Shown: positions 10,020-18,189 of the stretch, one piece after another
Layout of the letters: each line of letters begins with the position of its first letter
Numbering within the stretch: the stretch's first letter is position 1
Assembly (NCBI GenBank): GCA_963842945.1
Contig: CAWJIM010000024.1
Span: 224,001 to 288,000 of the forward strand
Length of the DNA stretch: 64,000 bases
Direction: 5' to 3'
DNA from: an uncultured Gemmatimonadales bacterium
GTDB lineage: Bacteria > Gemmatimonadota > Gemmatimonadetes > Gemmatimonadales > GWC2-71-9
Translations under genes and position numbers: made by a program
The notes under the pieces: model-generated
Database searches by the model: none
Told to the model about the DNA's origin: nothing
The model's input: only the letters and a program-made list of their open reading frames with translations

Positions 10020-10409
10020 TTAGGACCTGGATCCGACGATGACCTGGCGGGGAGCCTCAGCGCTATCGACCCCTGGCCAGAGGTCACTATGCCATTCCAC
10101 CAGCGCCTCGATCTCAGAAAGCCGGACCCAGAGATTGCCTTGATCCAGCTTCGGATGTAGCCGTTCGATGTTCTCCAACTCCTCCCGTGATTCCACGGCA
10201 CTCAAGCGCCGCAACACGGTATCCAGGTCGGCTTGGGCTAGGGCTCGCATATCCCAGACGCAGAGCGGCACCATCTCCGCCTGCTCGTCGACCGCAAACA
10301 CGCGCTTGAGATAAAAGGACTTCCCAGAGCGAAGGATAAGCTCCAGCATCAGCGGTGGGATGGTCTGGTCCTTGGTCCGACTCAGGTACTCTGTGACGCT
10401 CAAGCTCAT
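10020..10409 (-). CDS. Hypothetical protein, cassette gene
   Basis: 129-aa ORF between GTTAGGC (10459-10465) and GCCTACC (9996-10002). Confidence 0.8.
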   Translation of the reverse strand: MSLSVTEYLSRTKDQTIPPLMLELILRSGKSFYLKRVFAVDEQAEMVPLCVWDMRALAQADLDTVLRRLSAVESREELENIERLHPKLDQGNLWVRLSEIEALVEWHSDLWPGVDSAEAPRQVIVGSRS

Positions 10410-10458
10410 GAGCTCAACCGGCCCCGACTCAAGGAAGAAACGAAGTGGGTTTACCGCA

Positions 10459-10477
10459 GCCTAACTAGTAATTGGAC
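10459..10477 (-). mobile_element. attI-like simple site
   Basis: GTCCAAT-TACTA-GTTAGGC: L box + 5 nt + R box, no attC left arm upstream. Confidence 0.55.
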
Positions 10478-10572
10478 CTGCGTCCCTAGGCAGTCTATCC
10501 GACAATTAACATCACCGAAAGCAACCTATCACGCCATCGCTGCTGGCTCACAGGCCCGCGGCCCCTCGGCTC

Positions 10573-11928
10573 CTAGTGGATCTCACCTCCGGTCGAGCTA
10601 AGGGAATCGGCATAGATCAAGAAATCGGCTGCGACAGCGGGACGAATCCGCTGATAACCCCACTGAAACCGCACCAGCCGGGCTCACGCAACCATGCTTC
10701 AACCGCCGGCTCCTTTGCTGCGGCGTCAAGATCCAGCAGGAGCCATCTGATGCCCGAGCTCTCCCAGTGCCGATCCGAGACTTTCCCGATTGACCGGATC
10801 TTGCTCTTCGACGTCATAACCGAGCGCCCGGGCGTCGGTGCCGATGACCAAATACCTGCTGCCGAGCGCGGCCCTGAGCCGCTTCCCAAGCAATGTGGGC
10901 GCGCGGGAACGTGGCGGCCCCAGGGTGACGGAGCCGGTGTCGGCGAACACATGCGCGTTGTGGGCGAGGATCAGGAGGCGTCCGCCCTGGGGCAGCTGGC
11001 GAAGAACCCAGAGCACGTTCTCCGCCATGAGTGAGTCTCGCATCTGCACCAGACGCCAGAACTCCGGACGCTCGCGAGGATGCTCCCCGAGGGTGGCTTG
11101 GAAGCCTAGATAAGCCATCATGTGGCGGGCCTCGGCCAGGCATCCGAGCGCCCAGGCGCGCGCGAGCGAGGGGTCGCCGGTGTTCTGGGGCGGTGCCCGC
11201 CGGACGACTGCTTCGGCGGAATCCAGCAGGGCGCGCAACGAGTCACGTGCCACCAGCGACAGTTGGGGAAGGCCAGTTTCGGAGAAGCGGGGCAGGAACG
11301 GCGCGAAGGCCTGGCCAATGCTTTGCGCTCCCGCCGGGTCCAACTGGGTGAGGAATCGGAGGAGCTCATCGATTGAGCGTCGGGCGCGATTGAAGGCGCC
11401 CGATCCGTCTGCCCCGGTGAGATCGATGCCGTACAACCGGGTGCGGCGCTGGTATGGTTGTCTTGCGTTGTACCCGCGCACTGACTCGGTGAGCGCTTGC
11501 ACCTCGGGCAGCCCACCCCAGCCGTAGCTGATCCGCTGGCGGGTGAGCTCCGCCACCGAGTGTGCCGGTTGCAGGAGCGCCTCGTGCAAGGGGGCCATGT
11601 CGGCAAACCCGGACTCGAGAGCCACGGCGGTGACCCCAAAATGAGCGGTCAGGCACCGCACCAGGCGATTGCGGAACAGGTGAAGCTCGCGGGCATCATG
11701 GATCAGCTCCCCCAGGGCGATCACCCGGGAATTCGCGACCGCTGACCTCAACAGCTCGAGGTCAGCGCAACCTGAGGCGTCGGGACCAGCGAGTGGGGTA
11801 GAGTGGGTGCGAGCCCAGCTAATGAAGAGCGACCTGCCGGAGGCCTGCTGTGCGACCGCGGTCGAGCCGATGAGGGCAGCAAGGAGTGTGGCGAGAGCCA
11901 GCCTACTTGCGGGGCGAATCACTGCCAC
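10573..11928 (-). CDS. Erythromycin esterase (EreA/EreB-like) family protein, secreted, C-terminal frameshifts
   Basis: VIALGELIH, ALESGF, RDSLMAENV, LAHNAHV; the C-terminus continues in other frames to TAG at 10573. Confidence 0.8.
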
Positions 11929-11934
11929 GAAGCG

Positions 11935-12008
11935 AAGACTCGGCCGCGCATCGGCTGCGAACGTTCCTTTGACCTGAAGTGCCGTCAGCTGCATGCGCTT
12001 TGTTAGCC
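11935..12008 (-). mobile_element. Internally deleted, degenerate attC site
   Basis: GGCTAAC-AAAGCG-CATGCAGC..TTCAGGTCAAAGGAAC..GCCGATG-CGCGGCC; R' lost. Confidence 0.75.
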
Positions 12009-12024
12009 GGCGACGTGAAAGCGC

Positions 12025-12390
12025 CTACGTCCTAAACAGGCGAACCAAATCGAGGAGCAGTACTGGAGATAAGGCTATCGCAAGGCCAGCGAAGAATGCC
12101 CCCACGCCTCTTAGAACGACGCCTATGGATAGTTGGCTGGTAGGATCACGGCGCAGGCGTTTCCGCACTGATAGAGTCGCTGAGCCGAGGCTCGCCAGTG
12201 CGAAGACAAGGCCACCGAGAAACAACTTTAGATCGATGGTCCAGGCGGGGACGTTGCCGAAAGCAGCGAATTGGCGGTGAAGGCGCAAGACACCCACGGC
12301 AGTTGTGGCAATTGCGATTACCAGGCAGAGTGGTAGCAAGACCGCAACCCCATTTCGTCGAGCGATGTACCACGCTCCGACTGTGTACAC
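12025..12390 (-). CDS. Membrane protein, cassette gene (true start probably ~12455 across an indel)
   Basis: Several TM segments; cassette bounded by GTTAGCC (12476-12482) and GGCTAAC (12002-12008). Confidence 0.7.
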   Translation of the reverse strand: MYTVGAWYIARRNGVAVLLPLCLVIAIATTAVGVLRLHRQFAAFGNVPAWTIDLKLFLGGLVFALASLGSATLSVRKRLRRDPTSQLSIGVVLRGVGAFFAGLAIALSPVLLLDLVRLFRT

Positions 12391-12475
12391 TCCCGCGAGG
12401 AGAACGCATCCTACGATCCCCGTTAGGAGGACGGCCAGAGCCTGGCTAGTAGTCAGAGATCCCCCGATCTCGTCC

Positions 12476-12576
12476 GGCTAACGGACCGTGCATCAGCTGC
12501 GGCGACTTCCTAGCGTGCGCACAATTCCGCCGTTCCTTAGATCTGAAGCGCCATCAGCTGCATGCGCTTGTTAGAC
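12476..12576 (-). mobile_element. Integron attC site (best preserved)
   Basis: GTCTAAC-AAGCG-CATGCAGC...GCTGATG-CACGGTCC-GTTAGCC; extra G in L''; the upstream gene's TAA lies in R''. Confidence 0.92.
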
Positions 12577-13101
12577 AGCGGCGGCGACTTGGACCCGATA
12601 ACGCAAGCCGACCAGACCGCTTGCATACTTCTGCACGTGCTCGAGTGCGAGCTGTGTCAGCGGTGCTCCCGCTTCTAGGAGTGGGATACCGCCCCCGAGC
12701 AGAACCGGCATGACCAGCACCTCCACCAGGTCCACCTGCTTGGCCTCAAGCAGGCTCCGGAACAGACTCCCACCGCCAAAGAGCCAGATCTCCCTGCCGG
12801 GCGCAGCGCGGAGCGCAGCAACGCGTGCCGCAGCGTCGTCTCTTACGATCGTGACGGCCGGGTGATCCTCCGGCGTCAGGGTTCGTGAGAAGACATAGAC
12901 CTGCCAGCCCTGCGGCCAGGGAGGTGCGCCCGGTTGGCGGGTGAGTTCATAGGTGCGCCGCCCCAGGAGGACCGTGTCGACCGACTCGTAGACCTTCGCG
13001 AAGTCCACTGCGGGGTCGTGGACGATCCAATCCACCTCGCCATGTGGCCCGGCGATGTACCCGTCAACGCTCGCGGCAACTCGGTATAGGACTTCGCGCA
13101 T
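12571..13101 (-). CDS. RibD-C/dihydrofolate reductase family protein, cassette gene
   Basis: AASVDGYIAG, LLGRRTYE, IWLFGGGSL, PVLLGGGIPL; cassette GTTAGAC...GTCTAAC. Confidence 0.9.
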   Translation of the reverse strand: MREVLYRVAASVDGYIAGPHGEVDWIVHDPAVDFAKVYESVDTVLLGRRTYELTRQPGAPPWPQGWQVYVFSRTLTPEDHPAVTIVRDDAAARVAALRAAPGREIWLFGGGSLFRSLLEAKQVDLVEVLVMPVLLGGGIPLLEAGAPLTQLALEHVQKYASGLVGLRYRVQVAAAV

Positions 13102-13129
13102 CTGACTTTCGGGTGAGCAAACAGCCGCT

Positions 13130-13196
13130 GTCTAACTAAGAGCTGAACCGCCGCCAGCCTCCTGAGGAGTTCGCTAGCTCCGTGCGCTAGTTAGGC
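13130..13196 (-). mobile_element. Chimeric att site: attC-like left arm joined to an attI-like right end
   Basis: GCCTAAC-TAGCG-CACGGAGC ... GTTCAGC-TCTTA-GTTAGAC (67 bp, arms poorly complementary). Confidence 0.6.
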
Positions 13197-13544
13197 CTCA
13201 GCCACGCGAAAGTTGTCGAACTCCCAGTGCAGCTCCTTATTCAGCTCTGCTGCCACTTCTTCCCACGTTGGCCGCACGCAATGGGCCAGCAGCAGGGCCA
13301 ACGCGTGCGTCATAGTCTCCCAGCTGAACTCGTCCAGAATCAGGTAACCCCGCCCCCACGTGGGCCCGACTGAGCGCCGAAGATAGGCCGGAGTTACGGC
13401 GGTGAAGCCAAAGGCCTCTGCCCCTTCCCTCCCCCGTGGGCCGATCAGGGCCTGGAACGGCACGGCGCAATCCGCGGGATTCTCCGGCATCGCTGGAGGG
13501 GCGAGGTCTGGGCTCAGTAAATGGCGGAGCTCGGGATAAACCAT
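13191..13544 (-). CDS. Imm8-like immunity protein, cassette gene
   Basis: PENP..IGPRG..F..VTP..GRGYLI..WEEVA..L..WEF pattern; TAA inside GCCTAAC. Confidence 0.75.
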   Translation of the reverse strand: MVYPELRHLLSPDLAPPAMPENPADCAVPFQALIGPRGREGAEAFGFTAVTPAYLRRSVGPTWGRGYLILDEFSWETMTHALALLLAHCVRPTWEEVAAELNKELHWEFDNFRVAEA

Positions 13545-13545
13545 G

Positions 13546-14563
13546 TTACTCCTTGAGGTCCCGGTGGGTCGCTAAGAACTCCCGCATTGACTGGATCACC
13601 TCGGCCCGATTTGAGTCGAACACATAGTGGTTGGCGGCGTGCAGCTCCAGAACCTGCGCCGTGGCGAGCTCGCGGCGGACCCGGGCGCGCTCGGCCGCGG
13701 CCCAGCGCTGCAGGGCGGCGGTAAACCGCCGCGCGGCGTCCTGATGAGGTGCATCGAGTGCGGCATAGTAGGGGAACACCTGGCCTACGGAGTCCACCAC
13801 GGCATCGATGACCAGCGCCGGAGCGCGCACGGCCGCATAGTTGGGATGGCCACAGCCGGCCAGGATGAGCGAGTCGACGATCGGGGGCGTCACGTCGGCA
13901 ACGAGCTGGCCAACAGAATCATACCGGCCGATGGCGCGCAGCTGGGCCTCGGGGATGTGCATCCCGTACATCCGCCGGAGATACGCCTGCACCGCGCTAG
14001 GGGAGGAGGAGTCGCGCGGCTGCATCGGTGGTGCCGCCGGAAACTGGCCGAGCTGGTCCCGCAGGCTGCTGTGGTCGTAGGCCGCGTCCAGGTAGACCAG
14101 CCCGGTCACCCGAGCGGGATACGCGCCGGCAAAAGCAGTGAGCTCGTCGCCCGCGATCGAGTGGCCCACCAGGACAACCCGCAGGAGCCCCAGCGAATCG
14201 AGCACCGCGCGAAGATCCGCCACCCGGCCGGCCAGATCATATCCCGATTCCGGCCGGCTCGACGCCCCATAGCCTCGGCGAGTGATCGCGAGAACGTGGT
14301 GATCAGTTGGTGAACTCGGGGGCGAGGTCGTCGAACCCATGGGCCACATCCTGCAACCCGGAGAGGAAGACCAACGGCGGGCCCGAGCCACCCCAGTCGA
14401 GCACCTCGAGCCGCACATCTGGCGCGACCGATACAAAGCTGACACGGTGCAGGGAGGGATCGGTCCACGCCGCCGCTGGGCGCTGGGCAGGGCCGCCGGA
14501 ACGGGTACACGCCAGCAGGAGCACACCGACGCCCCAGAGGCTGATCCGCGCTAGTACTCTCAG
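13546..14563 (-). CDS. Alpha/beta hydrolase lipoprotein (1 frameshift ~14305; start uncertain)
   Basis: LLLAC lipobox, LEVLDWGGSG, TRRGYGAS, GHSIAG nucleophile elbow. Confidence 0.8.
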
Positions 14564-14570
14564 AGCTCCG

Positions 14571-14596
14571 CCCTCTCGCTGCGCTCGGGGGTGACA
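14571..14596. repeat. REP-like half element
   Basis: CCCTCTCGCTGCGCTCGGGGGTGACA matches the 3' arm of the 3619-3697 element. Confidence 0.7.
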
Positions 14597-14645
14597 ACGA
14601 CCGCTTACCGCCCCCTCCCTCGATGCCTCGGGCATGCTTACCGTC

Positions 14646-16160
14646 CTACCGACTCACCGCTATTCCCGGCGACGGCTTGGTCGGCACCGGCTGGACCGGA
14701 GTCCTGGGTCCCCGTGGCAACAGCTCCGGCAGATTCGCCAGCTCGAAGGCTGTGACAGCCATGACCGCCGCCGCCTGCTTCAGGTCGCCCTCCACTGCGT
14801 GGTCGTAGGTGTCGGTCTCGGAGTGGTGCGTGTGGTCGTAGCCCCGCTCCAGCTGATCGAAGTTGAATCCGGGCACGCCGTACGGCAGGAACGACAGGTG
14901 ATCGGTGCCGCCCTTGTTGGCGTCGCGCACGCTGTCGGCCTTGAGTGAGGCAACCGGCGCGAGCAGCTGCTTCCAGAGCCCCTCCAGATCCTTCCTTCCC
15001 TGCAGCGCCTGGCCCTTGATGGCACCGGTTCCATTGTCCAGCACCAGCACCGCCTGGATGCTGTCGGCTTCCGGCTCATGTTGCGCGGCATAGGCACGGG
15101 AGCCGAGCAGGCCCTGCTCTTCCCCGCTGAACAGAATGAACCGGATCGTGCGCTTCGGCTTGAGCCCGGACCGGGCGATCGCGCGAGCGGTTTCCAGGAC
15201 CACCATCGAGCCGGTGCCGTTGTCGGTGGTACCGGTGCCAAGGTCCCAGCTGTCGAGGTGAGCGCCGAGAATGACCACCTGGCCTGGGCGCTCGCTGCCC
15301 CTGATCTCGGCTACGGTATTCCACTGCTGCACCGGCGACTTGCCGAGTTGGTTCTGCACCCGCGCTTCGACTTTGGGTGTCACCCCTGCCCCGAGGAGCC
15401 GGGTGAAGAGGGTGTAATCCTCATGGGAGACGACCAGACTGGGCAGGGGCGACAGCCGAAGGGGCGAGCCGCTCATGGTCATCAACCCGTGCTCCTTGGA
15501 GCCGTCGATCAAGGTGCCGAGCGCGCCGGCGGCCTTGAGCATGTAGGGGAGGTCCAGCTGGAACTGCCGCCGCGCCAGAACCGCGGGCGCCGAGGTGTCG
15601 GCCGTGAGAGTGGCGCGGAGCTTTCGCTGCTCATCCAGGCGGGTCGAATCCTGCGCCGTCATGTCCGGTCCGTCGGGGTTCCACAGCGTGAACGGAGGCC
15701 GGGGCAGGACCCAGGCGCCCTTCACCTTCGACTTGTAAACGGCCAGGCTTTCGGGGGTGGAGAGATCGGTAAGCACCACCGGACCGGCCACTCCCTTCCC
15801 GCCGGTCCCCTCGGTCCAGGCCCAGCTGTGCGCGGTGATCGCACGGCTGAACGGCTGGAGCAACCGCAGGGTAGCGTCGCCCCGTTGCCAGGTGACCCCG
15901 AACTCATACTGCTCCAGCTTGGTCGAGAGGCCATAGGCCTGGAAGCGGGATGCGGTCCATTCGTTGGCTCGGCGCATGGCGGGAGAACCGGACAGCCGGG
16001 GCCCGATGACGTCGCTGAGATGCTGCAGGTTCTGCATCACCTCGGAATGATTCATGGCCTGGTCGATCAGGCGTCCGGTGCCGGCGGTGTCCACAACCGG
16101 CGACTGTGCGAATGCGGGCGCGGCAGCTACAAAGAAGGTGAGGGTGATGAAGGGCCGCAT
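14646..16160 (-). CDS. M28 family peptidase (carboxypeptidase Q-like), secreted
   Basis: GAHLDSWD, DNGTG, SGEEQGLLGS, TDHLSF, HH..DTYD. Confidence 0.92.
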   Translation of the reverse strand: MRPFITLTFFVAAAPAFAQSPVVDTAGTGRLIDQAMNHSEVMQNLQHLSDVIGPRLSGSPAMRRANEWTASRFQAYGLSTKLEQYEFGVTWQRGDATLRLLQPFSRAITAHSWAWTEGTGGKGVAGPVVLTDLSTPESLAVYKSKVKGAWVLPRPPFTLWNPDGPDMTAQDSTRLDEQRKLRATLTADTSAPAVLARRQFQLDLPYMLKAAGALGTLIDGSKEHGLMTMSGSPLRLSPLPSLVVSHEDYTLFTRLLGAGVTPKVEARVQNQLGKSPVQQWNTVAEIRGSERPGQVVILGAHLDSWDLGTGTTDNGTGSMVVLETARAIARSGLKPKRTIRFILFSGEEQGLLGSRAYAAQHEPEADSIQAVLVLDNGTGAIKGQALQGRKDLEGLWKQLLAPVASLKADSVRDANKGGTDHLSFLPYGVPGFNFDQLERGYDHTHHSETDTYDHAVEGDLKQAAAVMAVTAFELANLPELLPRGPRTPVQPVPTKPSPGIAVSR

Positions 16161-16185
16161 GAACGAGATGTCCTTCGATGGTTGA

Positions 16186-16212
16186 GGGATCCTTCGCTGC
16201 GCTCAGGATGAC
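16186..16212. repeat. REP-like half element
   Basis: GGGATCCTTCGCTGCGCTCAGGATGAC. Confidence 0.7.
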
Positions 16213-16308
16213 GCCAAGTAACCTACCGCCGTTCCGTCGTTCCGTCGTTCCGACTATAGTTGGAGTCGGAAGCTAACCTGCACCACCTCATCGCCAAGGA
16301 TACCGCTC

Positions 16309-17637
16309 GTGCCGAAGGACAGCGTCACCATCACCGACAACCGGACTGGCCAAACCTACGAGTTGCCTATCACCGAGGGCACCATCCGGGCGACCGATTT
16401 GCGCCAGATCAAGGTGGCGGAGGACGACTTCGGGATGATGACGTACGACCCGGCGTTCATGAACACCGCTGCCTGCCGGAGCGCCATCACCTACATCGAC
16501 GGTGACAAGGGGATCCTGCGCTACCGGGGCTACCCCATCGAGCAGCTGGCGGAGCGGGCGTCGTTTCTCGAGGTGGCCTATCTGCTGGGTGAGGGAGAGT
16601 TGCCCAACCGGGAGCAGCTGGCCAAGTGGGAAGAGACGATCAGGTATCACACCTACGTCCACACCAACATCACCAAGTTTCTCGAGGGGTTCCGCTACGA
16701 CGCCCACCCAATGGGCATGCTCCTCGGAGTGGTGGGCGCGCTTTCCACCTTCTACCCCGACGCCAAGCACATCGAGGACCCCGCGAACCGCTATCTCCAG
16801 CGGGTCCGCCTGCTGGCCAAGCTGCCCACCATCGCAGCCTTCGCCTTCCGGCACTCGCGCGGCCTTCCCTACGAGTTTCCCCGGAACGACCTGGACTACA
16901 TCGGCAACTTCGTCAACATGACCTTCAGCATCGGCGGGCGGCACCAGCCCAACAAGGTGTTGCAGCGGGCGCTGGAGATCCTGCTCATCCTCCACGCCGA
17001 CCACGAGCAGAACTGTTCGACCAGCGCCGTGCGGGCAGTCGGGTCCTCCCACGTGGATCCGTTCTCCGCGGTCAGCGCGGGGATCGCGGCGCTGTACGGT
17101 CCGCTGCACGGCGGGGCCAACGAGGCCGTGCTCCAGATGCTGGAGGAGATCGGCGACAAGAAGAACATCCCTGCATTCATCGAGAAGGTGAAGGGGGGAT
17201 CCGGCTCCCGGCTGATGGGGTTTGGACACCGGGTCTACAAGTCATACGACCCACGGGCCAAGCTGATCAAGAAGGTGGCCGACGACGTCTTCGAGCAGAC
17301 CGGGATGAATCCCAAGCTGGAGATCGCGCTGGAGCTGGAGCGGATCGCGTTGGAAGACGAGTACTTCATCAAGCGGAAGCTCTATCCCAACGTGGATTTC
17401 TACTCCGGGCTGATCTACCAGGCAATGGGATACCCCACCGCGTACTTCACCGTGCTGTTCGCCATTGGCCGCACCCCGGGATGGCTGGCGCAGTGGGAAG
17501 AGATGCTGCTGGACAAGGACCAGAAGATCGCCCGGCCGAGACAGGTCTACGTGGGCAAAGAAGAGAGACCGTTCGTACCCATCGAGCGACGAGGAGATCG
17601 GCGGAGTGTCGAGAGAGAGCGGGTCAGCAAGCGATAG
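16309..17637 (+). CDS. gltA: Citrate synthase
   Basis: HADHEQNCST, GPLHGGAN, LMGFGHRVYK, YPNVDFYSG. Confidence 0.97.
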   Translation: MPKDSVTITDNRTGQTYELPITEGTIRATDLRQIKVAEDDFGMMTYDPAFMNTAACRSAITYIDGDKGILRYRGYPIEQLAERASFLEVAYLLGEGELPNREQLAKWEETIRYHTYVHTNITKFLEGFRYDAHPMGMLLGVVGALSTFYPDAKHIEDPANRYLQRVRLLAKLPTIAAFAFRHSRGLPYEFPRNDLDYIGNFVNMTFSIGGRHQPNKVLQRALEILLILHADHEQNCSTSAVRAVGSSHVDPFSAVSAGIAALYGPLHGGANEAVLQMLEEIGDKKNIPAFIEKVKGGSGSRLMGFGHRVYKSYDPRAKLIKKVADDVFEQTGMNPKLEIALELERIALEDEYFIKRKLYPNVDFYSGLIYQAMGYPTAYFTVLFAIGRTPGWLAQWEEMLLDKDQKIARPRQVYVGKEERPFVPIERRGDRRSVERERVSKR

Positions 17638-17695
17638 AAGCGGGGAAGGAACAGCGTGAGCGGGGAAGAAACAACGTAAGCGGGAAAACGGCGTA
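17612..17695 (+). repeat. Family A ~20-nt repeats, left flank of the four-helix-bundle gene
   Basis: AGAAGCGGGGAAGGAAC-AGCGTGAGCGGGGAAGAAAC-AACGTAAGCGGGAAAAC. Confidence 0.85.
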
Positions 17696-17757
17696 TTAAC
17701 GGTCCAGCTGGCGAAGCTGGCTTACAAGTTCTGGTTTCGAGTGCTGCACAGTTTGGG

Positions 17758-18117
17758 GTGCGCGATCACCGATCACTGCATTCATGGCAGGAAGCCCAGG
17801 CAGTCGTGCTTGGGACGCTTGAGTTAGCTCGGAATAGCTGGAAGCCCTACGCCGCTGCTTTGTTCTCCCAGCTTCAGCGAGCCTCCCTGTCGGTTCAGCT
17901 CAATATTGCGGAAGGGTACGCTTTCGGAGAGTCACCGACCTACGTACGTCACCTTCGCATAGCCTACGGATCCGCGGTTGAGACTGGAGAGTTGCTCGAA
18001 ACCGCCCTCAAGGCAAACGTGATTGCTGTGGATCCAGGAATAGATCTCCTAAACCGTAATCGTCGAAGCCATCGGCTTCTCTTAGGTATGTTGCGGAGCA
18101 GGAGCCGTACAACCTAG
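17758..18117 (+). CDS. Four-helix-bundle protein (TIGR02436 / 23S rRNA IVS protein / bAvd-like)
   Basis: SQLQRASLSVQLNIAEG..HLRIAYGSAVET; visibly more AT-rich than its neighbours. Confidence 0.9.
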   Translation: MRDHRSLHSWQEAQAVVLGTLELARNSWKPYAAALFSQLQRASLSVQLNIAEGYAFGESPTYVRHLRIAYGSAVETGELLETALKANVIAVDPGIDLLNRNRRSHRLLLGMLRSRSRTT

Positions 18118-18128
18118 ACCACCGCGGT

Positions 18129-18189
18129 TTTCTTTCCCGCTCACGCTCTTTGCAGTTCCCGCTCACGCTGTTTCCCCGCTCACGCTTTG
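18129..18189 (-). repeat. Family A repeats, inverted, right flank; contains the speA stop
   Basis: 3x CCCGCTCACGCT on the + strand. Confidence 0.85.

Noticed and set aside
12422..12428. Extra R box (TCCTAAC on the minus strand)
   Set aside because: Lies within the probable 5' coding region of the cassette gene, with no attC arm following.
8540..13101. dfr trimethoprim-resistance cassettes
   Set aside because: Both proteins look like RibD-C-type DHFR-fold proteins and lack the IG..PW motif of true DfrA.
17758..18117. Diversity-generating retroelement (Avd)
   Set aside because: No reverse transcriptase and no TR/VR pair differing at adenines in the window.
17612..18189. CRISPR array
   Set aside because: Units are ~20 nt with only 5-10 variable bases and 2-4 copies per locus; no spacer-length sequences and no cas genes.
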